Shown in pieces: positions 56,502 through 64,000 of a DNA stretch of 64,000 nucleotides (position 1 is the stretch's first letter; each line of letters opens with the position of its first letter). The stretch covers positions 3,924-67,923 of the forward strand of contig CAZQTW010000031.1 of the NCBI GenBank assembly GCA_964596165.1, in the 5' to 3' direction. The position numbers and the translations under genes are program-made. The stretch comes from an uncultured Planctomycetales bacterium (GTDB lineage Bacteria > Planctomycetota > Phycisphaerae > UBA1845 > JAFGLZ01). Under the pieces are notes generated by a model, which searched no databases, was not told the origin of the DNA, and saw only the letters and a program-made list of their open reading frames with translations.

Positions 56502-56721
56502 CGCTCTCGTCTTCACCATGCCACTCTGCAATCTTGAAATCCTCTTCTGTGGACATGCGCCCCATGTTCTTGTACTTGCCCCATTGGAGGTACTTGGGTT
56601 CGGTGGGGCCTCGACGATCCTGGATGAGGATGACGCGGACAGGGCCCTCTTGGATTCCTGTCGGTTGCTCGAGGAGCTCGATCATGCCCTTCTTGTAGAT
56701 GCCCGCAATACCCGCCGGCAT
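56491..56721 (-). CDS. Antitoxin-like small protein (AF2212/DUF104-like N-terminus)
   Basis: ORF 56491..56727. GGAGGT lies 7 nt upstream of the ATG at 56721. GIYKKGMIELLEQPTGIQEGPVRVILI resembles AF2212-type antitoxins. Overlaps the PIN start by 11 nt. Confidence 0.6.
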   Translation of the reverse strand: MPAGIAGIYKKGMIELLEQPTGIQEGPVRVILIQDRRGPTEPKYLQWGKYKNMGRMSTEEDFKIAEWHGEDESDVG

Positions 56722-56808
56722 GGCCATACCTCCGGGCCAATCGATCAGGATAGGCCTCGTAAGATTCTCAAGCTATCCGATTATAGCATGAAAGCCTCTT
56801 CTGCGGCG

Positions 56809-59100
56809 CTACCAGCCAATCGCCACTTCCGTAGGTGCCGGGCCGCCCCCGTGCTGGACCAGGGCCGTCTTGCTGCCCGCGTCCCATTCGACCTTATCGC
56901 ACGGTTTGCCGGCCACGGTGACCGACTTGGGCTCCGCCGGGAGGAGCAGCCGGGTGCTGATCTGGACCCCATCGATTCCGGTGGTTGTATAGCGGAGGCC
57001 GCTGGGGGCAGGTATCCAGGACTCGATCCTCCCGGCTGAGGCCAGGGCGAGCGGAGGCTGGCCGACCACCGCGTCCAGATCCAGTAGGAATGCCTGTTTG
57101 CCCGGGCTGATGACGACCTCGGCTCGAACCGGCAAGGCGGCGTTGAAGAGGTCGACGAACCGCCCCGTCAATCGCAGAGCGTCGTTGCTGACCGATTCGT
57201 CGATACACGCGGCGATGACATACGGGCCGCGTCGGAGCACCAAATTGTTATTATCTACGCATTTAGAACGTTCGCCGATGGCAAGGCGGACCTTTTCTGT
57301 TAAGATTTTAACGTTATCCGCAGACCGACTGAAGAACGCCGGATGCTTCCGGGAGATAATCACAAGCCCTTTGCCGCACTTGTGTTGCCCCTCTTCAGCT
57401 TGCCGGGGCAGTCCCAGCGATTCGAACAGGTGTTCGCTGGGGGCACCGTACGTCCGTGGGGGTCTGTTCCACCACTCGCGGACCCGGTTGAACGGGTCGG
57501 TGTCGGCTCCGACGTAGATGAGGGAGCCGCCCGCCTGGACCCACTGGGCCAGGGCCCAATGGACCGTCGGCGTCAGCGGCTTCATGTATTCGTAGCTTAG
57601 CAGAAGGACCTTGTATCCGTCGAGGTAGCCGGGGAATCGGGCAATGTTGTCGAGCTGCACCGGACGGACGGGAATCCCCCGCTTGAGCAACGGCAACGCC
57701 AGCCCGTAGAACGCCGACCACTGATGGACCTCGGCCGACGTCGCGCGGGTGGGGTCGTTCTTGTCCGGCGCAACGCCCTCCTTGAACGCCGGATTCGCCC
57801 GCTGGAACATCCCCGAATCGGCCAGCAGGATGCCGACGCCCTCGGTCGTCTCCTGCCAGCGGACCTGCTCCTGCTTCATGTCGCGAAGCTGGTTGAAGAC
57901 GATCCCCAGAATTGTCGCGTAGTCCGGCGGAATGGGCTTGGCATCTTTGCTTCCATGCGGAAATCGGCCGTTAAACACACGGTTGGGCCACGGGCAGACC
58001 TCGTAGTACCACACCTCGGGATGGAGCAGCGAGGCGACCAACGTACACAGATAGTTTCGCCGATAGTCGTCCCAATCGTGGCGCGGGTTGTCCTCGACCG
58101 GGTCGTGCAGGTACCACATCCGCCGGTCGGTACCGCGGACCAGTTCCTGCATGATGCCGTATTCCAGGAACGCCGTCTCGAACGTCCGTTCCTTGTGCAC
58201 GCCCTGGTAGACATTGGGCGTTCGGGCGGTGCCCGTCCAGATCTGGGCGATGTAGCCGTCGATGCCCGGCAGGTCGATCAGCGACGACTCGGGGCTCACG
58301 ATCCGCCACTGCGTGTAGTTGATCAGGCTGTGTGTCGGGACGTAGAACCGCACCGGCCGGCCGTGCGTGGCCAGCGCGTATTCCTTCATCGCCGAGCAAA
58401 GCCGGTTGAGCGCCCGCTGGTAGAGGTAGTACTTGAGCTTGCTGGCGCGATACTGGGCGTCGCAACTGCTGTCGGGCCGCTGCCACGGCTCGTTGTAGTA
58501 GATCTGCCATTCGCGCTTGAACGCCTCGCTGTAGCCGCCGTCGGCCCAGAACTCCGGCTCTTCGAGATGGATCGCCACCGCGCCGGCGTCGATCGCACGC
58601 TTGATGCCGGCTTGGAGGTAGTCGCTGAACGAAACCGCCGGGACCATGTAGGGCACCGTCGGCCCGTGGTTGATCGGCTTGCCCGCCGCGTTGACCTGGC
58701 CTTCGTCCCAGTGCTTACGACCGTCGAACTTGCCGTCGAGGTAATCCTGGTAACCGCCCCAGGCGACGCCGGTCATGATCTGCGGGACATACCCGGCCTG
58801 GGTCCAGCGTTTGAGCCGATCACCAATGCCCGCGTCGACGCCGTAGGCCATCACAAAGTCGGTCCGCAAGTCGTATGTCGGCCCGTACGGCGCCGCTTCC
58901 TGAAAGCCGGTCCGCTCGAGCGAGCGGTCGGTGATGAGCATGGGCCGGGTTCGCGTGCCTGTCGAGCCGGCCGTTGCAGCAGAATCGGCCTCCTCCGCCC
59001 AAAGGTTCGTCCTCCCTGTCCCTGAAGCGACCGAGATCATTATCAGGTTGGCCAACCATCTGCTTGCGGTCATTGCGCGTCGCGCCTCCGAATGCTCCAT
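56809..59100 (-). CDS. Large secreted hypothetical protein (763 aa), possibly glycoside-hydrolase-like
   Basis: Signal-like N-terminus (alternative ATG at 59073). Barrel-like segment with AIHLEEPEFWADGGYSEAFKREW. Later YKVLLLSYEYMKPLTP...AGGSLIYVG is reminiscent of amidotransferase-like domains of GH42-type enzymes. No family can be assigned by eye. Confidence 0.5.
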   Translation of the reverse strand: MEHSEARRAMTASRWLANLIMISVASGTGRTNLWAEEADSAATAGSTGTRTRPMLITDRSLERTGFQEAAPYGPTYDLRTDFVMAYGVDAGIGDRLKRWTQAGYVPQIMTGVAWGGYQDYLDGKFDGRKHWDEGQVNAAGKPINHGPTVPYMVPAVSFSDYLQAGIKRAIDAGAVAIHLEEPEFWADGGYSEAFKREWQIYYNEPWQRPDSSCDAQYRASKLKYYLYQRALNRLCSAMKEYALATHGRPVRFYVPTHSLINYTQWRIVSPESSLIDLPGIDGYIAQIWTGTARTPNVYQGVHKERTFETAFLEYGIMQELVRGTDRRMWYLHDPVEDNPRHDWDDYRRNYLCTLVASLLHPEVWYYEVCPWPNRVFNGRFPHGSKDAKPIPPDYATILGIVFNQLRDMKQEQVRWQETTEGVGILLADSGMFQRANPAFKEGVAPDKNDPTRATSAEVHQWSAFYGLALPLLKRGIPVRPVQLDNIARFPGYLDGYKVLLLSYEYMKPLTPTVHWALAQWVQAGGSLIYVGADTDPFNRVREWWNRPPRTYGAPSEHLFESLGLPRQAEEGQHKCGKGLVIISRKHPAFFSRSADNVKILTEKVRLAIGERSKCVDNNNLVLRRGPYVIAACIDESVSNDALRLTGRFVDLFNAALPVRAEVVISPGKQAFLLDLDAVVGQPPLALASAGRIESWIPAPSGLRYTTTGIDGVQISTRLLLPAEPKSVTVAGKPCDKVEWDAGSKTALVQHGGGPAPTEVAIGW

Positions 59101-59355
59101 GCCTCACCGGAATCCGGCCGATCCCCTTTGACGATCAAGAGGCATCCCCCCAAGAGCAGGGCCTTATCATAGCCGAAACCCCGCCGCAGTGGAGCCGCCC
59201 GGGCTCCCGTGGCTTCGCCGGACAAAACCCGGGCCAATTTACGGATAGCCAACGACCAATGCGCCGGGTACGATGCTCCGAGTGTTGGAGGCGCATCTTC
59301 GACCCGTGTGTGAGGTCAAGACGCCTCGAAAGCGGCCATAAAGGCGCGACCGATC

Positions 59356-59949
59356 ATGGCCAAGTACTTCGCCCATCCCACAAGCATCGTCGATCAACCC
59401 GTCGACATCGGAGACGACACCAAGATCTGGCACTTCTGCCACATTTCGGCCGGCGTGGTCATCGGCCGCGGGTGTTCGTTCGGCCAGAATTGCTTCGTCG
59501 CCCCCGGCGTGCGGATCGGTCACAACGTGAAGGTCCAGAACAACGTGTCGATCTACGACGGCGTCGAACTCGAAGACGACGTCTTCTGCGGGCCAAGCAT
59601 GGTCTTCACGAACGTGTTGAACCCGCGGAGCGCAGTGTCACGTAAGCACGAATATCGCAAAACCTTCGTCCGACGGGGCGCCACGATCGGCGCGAACGCC
59701 ACGATCATCTGCGGTCACACCATCGGTCAATACGCCATGATCGGCGCCGGGGCCGTCGTATCGCACGATGTGCCCGATTTCGCCCTGGTGGTGGGCGTTC
59801 CCGGCCGCATCGTCGGTTGGATGAGTCGCAACGGCCGGCGTCTGACGTTCGACGGTGCCGGTGTCGCGGTTTGTCCGGCCACCGGTGAGCGGTACCGCAA
59901 GTCGGCCGATGGAAGGGTCACGCTGGAAGAAGGGCACCGATCGGACTGA
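59356..59949 (+). CDS. Hexapeptide-repeat sugar N-acetyltransferase (WbpD/WlbB-like)
   Basis: 197 aa. [24 protein letters not shown]..., left-handed beta-helix repeats, [13 protein letters not shown]. Confidence 0.8.
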   Translation: MAKYFAHPTSIVDQPVDIGDDTKIWHFCHISAGVVIGRGCSFGQNCFVAPGVRIGHNVKVQNNVSIYDGVELEDDVFCGPSMVFTNVLNPRSAVSRKHEYRKTFVRRGATIGANATIICGHTIGQYAMIGAGAVVSHDVPDFALVVGVPGRIVGWMSRNGRRLTFDGAGVAVCPATGERYRKSADGRVTLEEGHRSD

Positions 59950-59991
59950 TCGGCGATTCGATCGGCAATCGACAAGGAGGTTCTTCGGAAT

Positions 59992-61110
59992 ATGACGTCG
60001 CCCGTCTCACACGTTCCACTGCTCGACTTGAAGGCGCAATACGCGACCATCCGGGACGAAGTACGGAAGGTCATCGACGAGGTCTGCGACAGCCAGGTCT
60101 TCATCCTCGGGCCCAAGGTGGCCGAATTCGAGAAGCAAATCGCCGACTACTGCGGCGTTCGCCATGCCGTCGGTCTGACCAGCGGCAGCGACGCCCTCCT
60201 CGTGGCGCTGATGGCGGCGGGCGTCGGCCCGGGTGATGAGGTGGTCACGACCCCCTTTACGTTCTTTGCCACGGCCGGTTGCGTCGCCCGCCTAGGGGCC
60301 AAGCCGGTGTTCGTCGACATCGAACCGGAATCGTTCAACATCCGGCCCGACCTGATCGAACGGGCCATCACAAAGCGCACCAAGGCGATCATACCCGTGG
60401 ACCTTTTCGGGCAGTTGGCGGAACTGGAAACGATCGCGGCAATCGCGGCCAAACACGGACTGACTTTGATTGAAGATGCAGCCCAAAGCATCGGGGCGAG
60501 CCGGAACGGCCGAAAGGCCGGTCAGTTCGGCGGGATGTGCTGCTTCAGTTTCTTCCCGTCCAAGAACCTCGGGGCGTTCGGCGACGCGGGCATGATCGTC
60601 ACCGACGATGCCGACCTCGCCGAGAAATGCACCATCCTCCGCGGCCACGGCGCCAAGCCCAAGTACTATCACAAGATCATCGGAGGGAACTTCCGCCTGG
60701 ACGCCCTGCAGGCGGCCATTCTCAGCGTCAAACTCAAGTACCTCGACGGCTGGAGCGCCGCTCGAAGACGCAATGCGGAGCGGTACGGTGAACTGCTCGC
60801 GGGATGCAGCGTAGTGCTGCCGAAGGTCCGCCCGGGAAACGTCTCGATCTTCAACCAGTACACGATCCGTGCCGGCGACCGGCGCGACGCCTTGCGCGAC
60901 CATCTCCAGCAGAAGAAAATCGGTTGCGAGATCTATTACCCGCTGCCGCTGCACGTGCAGGAGTGCTTCGCGTACTTGGGCGGCAAGCCAGGTGACTGCC
61001 CGGCCGCCGAAAAGGCCGCCCAGGAAGTCCTCTCGATTCCGGTCTACCCGGAACTCACGATCGAACAACAGCGGTACGTCGCGAACGCCATCCGCGACGT
61101 GTGCGGCTAG
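59992..61110 (+). CDS. DegT/DnrJ/EryC1/StrS family sugar aminotransferase (WbpE-like)
   Basis: 372 aa. VPLLDLKAQYATIRDEV, FEKQIADYCGVRHAVGLTSGSDAL, SFFPSKNLGAFGDAG (PLP Lys region). Confidence 0.85.
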   Translation: MTSPVSHVPLLDLKAQYATIRDEVRKVIDEVCDSQVFILGPKVAEFEKQIADYCGVRHAVGLTSGSDALLVALMAAGVGPGDEVVTTPFTFFATAGCVARLGAKPVFVDIEPESFNIRPDLIERAITKRTKAIIPVDLFGQLAELETIAAIAAKHGLTLIEDAAQSIGASRNGRKAGQFGGMCCFSFFPSKNLGAFGDAGMIVTDDADLAEKCTILRGHGAKPKYYHKIIGGNFRLDALQAAILSVKLKYLDGWSAARRRNAERYGELLAGCSVVLPKVRPGNVSIFNQYTIRAGDRRDALRDHLQQKKIGCEIYYPLPLHVQECFAYLGGKPGDCPAAEKAAQEVLSIPVYPELTIEQQRYVANAIRDVCG

Positions 61111-61260
61111 ACGAACTCGGCTGAAGGTTTCTCTTGGACGGCCTCCTCACCTTGTGCATGCGGCCGATGCGGGTTAACCTGAACCACTGACCTGGCGGGG
61201 CTCGGATAGCAAGCCCCCTGTCTTGATTCCGCTACCCACGGGAGGTTGTCTCAGCACGTC

Positions 61261-62511
61261 ATGCTTCACCGTTCGACTTGTTCTTGCCGGTTCGCAAGAG
61301 TCGCATTGTTGCCGGGGCTGTTGGCTTACGTGGTGGGGTGCAACGGGCAACAGTCCACCGGACACACGCCAGACGCCGTCGCCCCGGTTCCCGTCCTGGT
61401 GGCAACGGTAGTTCAGGCCGATGTTCCCGTCCGCGTCCGGACCATTGGATGGGTGGAGGGTTATGCCACGGTGACGGTCAAGGCACGCGTCGATGGCCAA
61501 TTGACGGGCATCCACTTCGCCAAAGGTCAGGACGTCAAGGTGGGTGACCTGCTGTTCACGATCGATCCGCGCCCGTTCGAGGCGGCGGTCCGCCTGGCCG
61601 AGGCCAACCTCGCACGCGATAAGGCGCTGGCCGCCGATGCGGAGAAAGACGCTCGTTGGAAGGAGGATCTCTACAAGCAGGGCACCGCCGCCCAGCGCGA
61701 GGCCGATCAGAGCCGTGCGAACGCCGAGTCACTCAAGGCAACCGTGCAGGCCGATCAGGCGGCGCTCGATACGGCCAAGTTGAATCTCCAATACTGCACG
61801 ATTCGTTCGCCGCTCAACGGTCGCGCCGGCGATCACCTGGTCGACGTCGGCAACATGGTCAAGGCCAACGAGACGTCGCTGGTGGTCATCGATCAGATTG
61901 AACCGATCTACGTCGCGTTCTCGGTACCTGAGATGCACTTGGCGGCCATCAAGACCCATATGGCCAGGGAACAGCTTCGGGTGGAGGCGGTGATCCCCGG
62001 CGATGAGGAAAGGGTCGAACGCGGTGTCCTAACGTTCCTCGACAACAAGGTCGACGTCGCCACGGGCACCATTCGACTGAAGGCGACGTTCGAGAATACG
62101 AATCATCGCCTCTGGCCGGGCCAGTACGTCAACGTGACGCTGGTGCTGGTCATGGAGCGGAATGTCTTGGTGGTACCGACGGAAGCGGTTCAGATCGGTC
62201 AGAAAGGCCAGTTCGTGTTCGTCTTGAAACCCGACCAGACGGTCGAGTACCGCGATGTCACCGTCGGCCGAACCGTCGACAACCGCACGGTCATCCCCCA
62301 GGGCCTCAAGGCGGGCGAAACGGTCGTCACGGACGGTCAACTGCGACTGGTTCCCGGCGCTAAGGCGGTGCCGAAGGAAAGACTGGCGGCCGGAAGCCCC
62401 ACACACGTTCAGTCGTCGGCATCGAGCGCCGCGGCGAAGCCGTCGGGATCGAAGATGCCTTCAACAACACCCTCGGGATCTCAGCCCGTTTCGAACGAGA
62501 CGAGAAGATGA
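61261..62511 (+). CDS. Efflux RND transporter periplasmic adaptor (membrane fusion protein), lipoprotein-like
   Basis: ORF 61246..62511 (TTG); ATG at 61261. LLPGLLAYVVGC lipobox. Lipoyl/hairpin/beta-barrel MFP pattern (VDGQLTGIHFAKGQDVKVGDLLFTIDPRPFEAA..., YCTIRSPLNGRAG). Confidence 0.8.
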   Translation: MLHRSTCSCRFARVALLPGLLAYVVGCNGQQSTGHTPDAVAPVPVLVATVVQADVPVRVRTIGWVEGYATVTVKARVDGQLTGIHFAKGQDVKVGDLLFTIDPRPFEAAVRLAEANLARDKALAADAEKDARWKEDLYKQGTAAQREADQSRANAESLKATVQADQAALDTAKLNLQYCTIRSPLNGRAGDHLVDVGNMVKANETSLVVIDQIEPIYVAFSVPEMHLAAIKTHMAREQLRVEAVIPGDEERVERGVLTFLDNKVDVATGTIRLKATFENTNHRLWPGQYVNVTLVLVMERNVLVVPTEAVQIGQKGQFVFVLKPDQTVEYRDVTVGRTVDNRTVIPQGLKAGETVVTDGQLRLVPGAKAVPKERLAAGSPTHVQSSASSAAAKPSGSKMPSTTPSGSQPVSNETRR

Positions 62512-64000
62512 ACGTCTCCGCACCCTTCATTCATCGTCCGGTAATGACCACGCTGGTGATGTCGGCCATCGTGATCTTTGGCGTGATGGCGTACCGCTCG
62601 CTGCCGGTAAGCGATCTGCCCAACGTCGACTTCCCGACGATTCAGGTCAACGCCTCCCTGCCGGGGGCGAATCCGGAAACGATGGCCTCGTCGGTGGCGA
62701 CGCCTCTCGAACGAGAGTTCTCAACGATCGCCGGCCTTGACTCGATGAACTCGACGAGTCTATTGGGCGCCACCCAAATCACGCTTCAGTTCGCTCTGGA
62801 TAGGAACATCGATGCGGCCGCACAAGATGTCCAGGCGGCGATATCGCGCGCATCAAGGCAACTGCCGAGAGACATGCCCAGCCCGCCGTCGTACAAGAAG
62901 GTCAACCCGGCCGATCAACCGATTCTTTATCTGTCGATGACGTCGCCGACGCTGCCGATGTACACGCTGGACGAATACGCGGAGACCAACGTCGCCCAAC
63001 GGATCTCGATGATCAGCGGCGTGGCACAGGTCATGGTCTTCGGATCACAGAAGTACGCGGTCCGCGTGCAGGTCAATCCCAAGGCGCTGGCGGCCAAGGG
63101 CATCGGCATCGACGAGGTCGCCCGCTCCGTTCAGGCCGCCAACGTCAACCTGCCCACCGGAACGGTCCAGGGGGCGCACCAGGCGTTCAACGTGCAGGCG
63201 AACGGCCAGCTCACCGAGGCAAAGGCCTACGAACCCATCATCGTGGCCTACCGAAACGGCAACCCGGTCCGACTGAACGAGATCGGCCGCGCGATCGACA
63301 GTGTCGAAAACGACAAGACGGCCGCGTGGTACGTCAATCAGCGAGCCATCGTCCTGGCGATTCAGCGCCAGCCGGGCGCGAACACGGTCGAGGTCGTCAG
63401 CTCCGTCCTTAAGCTGATCCCGACATTCAAGGCCCAGTTGCCGTCGTCCGTGAGCATCCACACGCTGTACGATCGTTCGGTGTCGATTCGCGATTCGGTG
63501 CATGACGTCAAGTTCACCCTCGTGTTGACGCTGGGGCTGGTAATCCTGGTGATCTTCCTGTTCCTGCGCAACCTGTCGGCCACGGTAATCCCCAGCTTCG
63601 CGATCCCCATGTCGATCATCGGCACGTTCTCCGTGATGTACCTGATGGGGTTCAACCTGGACAACCTTTCGCTGATGGCCTTGACGCTGTCCGTCGGATT
63701 CGTCGTCGACGACGCCATCGTCGTGCTCGAGAACATCGTTCGGCACATGGAGCTGGGCCACGGCGTCCTCCAGGCCGCTCTCGACGGGTCCAGGCAGATC
63801 GGTTTTACCGTCGTGTCGATGACCCTGTCGCTCGCGGCCGTCTTCATCCCGGTGCTGTTCATGCCGGGAATTCTCGGTCGGCTGCTCAGTGAATTCGCCG
63901 TGACGATCGGCGCGGCCATTCTGGTCTCCGGCGTCGTGTCGCTAACGCTCACGCCGATGCTGTGCAGCCGCTGGCTCCGGCCGTCGGCCGAAGCCCATCA
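62508..64000 (+). CDS. Efflux RND transporter permease (AcrB/MexB-like), 5' part (3' end outside window)
   Basis: Not in the ORF track because there is no stop in the window. The ATG at 62508 overlaps the MFP stop (ATGA). Hand translation: MNVSAPFIHRPVMTTLVMSAIVIFGVMAYRSLPVSDLPNVDFPTIQVNASLPGANPETMA, a classic RND N-terminus. Confidence 0.85.
   Translation, partial: MNVSAPFIHRPVMTTLVMSAIVIFGVMAYRSLPVSDLPNVDFPTIQVNASLPGANPETMASSVATPLEREFSTIAGLDSMNSTSLLGATQITLQFALDRNIDAAAQDVQAAISRASRQLPRDMPSPPSYKKVNPADQPILYLSMTSPTLPMYTLDEYAETNVAQRISMISGVAQVMVFGSQKYAVRVQVNPKALAAKGIGIDEVARSVQAANVNLPTGTVQGAHQAFNVQANGQLTEAKAYEPIIVAYRNGNPVRLNEIGRAIDSVENDKTAAWYVNQRAIVLAIQRQPGANTVEVVSSVLKLIPTFKAQLPSSVSIHTLYDRSVSIRDSVHDVKFTLVLTLGLVILVIFLFLRNLSATVIPSFAIPMSIIGTFSVMYLMGFNLDNLSLMALTLSVGFVVDDAIVVLENIVRHMELGHGVLQAALDGSRQIGFTVVSMTLSLAAVFIPVLFMPGILGRLLSEFAVTIGAAILVSGVVSLTLTPMLCSRWLRPSAEAH

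Overview
High-GC bacterial chromosomal segment (roughly 60-65% GC by eye). The gene content looks like Planctomycetota, possibly Phycisphaerae-like. Supporting this: many very large secreted or anchored carbohydrate-active-like proteins (beta-helix protein, GH13-core protein, BNR/sialidase-like protein, a 1540-aa NPCBM/NEW3-like protein), two Tat-signal Gfo/Idh/MocA oxidoreductases, DUF1570, DUF58 and BatA-type proteins, and a PEP-CTERM anchor. Housekeeping genes I recognise: dtd, rpmI-rplT, panE, rsmG, a 4-subunit 2-oxoacid:ferredoxin oxidoreductase next to a family III CoA-transferase, an OMF (TolC-like) gene, and an MFP+RND efflux pair running off the 3' end. Accessory content: three type II toxin-antitoxin loci (Phd-VapC, RHH-MazF, AF2212-like-PIN), a stand-alone retropepsin-like protease, and an AAA+/PD-(D/E)xK ATPase gene that looks lower in GC than its surroundings. 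I saw no rRNA, tRNA, CRISPR array, transposase or integrase. The long antisense and alternative-frame ORFs in the track are mostly the usual high-GC artefacts. Best candidates for something undescribed: (1) tandem PqaA-like hydrolase paralogs sharing a Cys-containing C-terminal sorting-type tail (CSSGLPLA + TM + Arg) that differs from the canonical PEP-CTERM tail on a neighbouring peptidase; (2) the AAA+/nuclease protein with an internally duplicated N-terminal module; (3) an OMF lipoprotein gene followed 3 nt later by an uncharacterised 714-aa polytopic membrane protein, with no adaptor or pump gene; (4) a conserved 33-nt hairpin motif present in two 5' intergenic regions; (5) a giant unassigned secreted protein bracketed by two TA modules. 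All functional calls come from reading the translations by eye. No database search was run.
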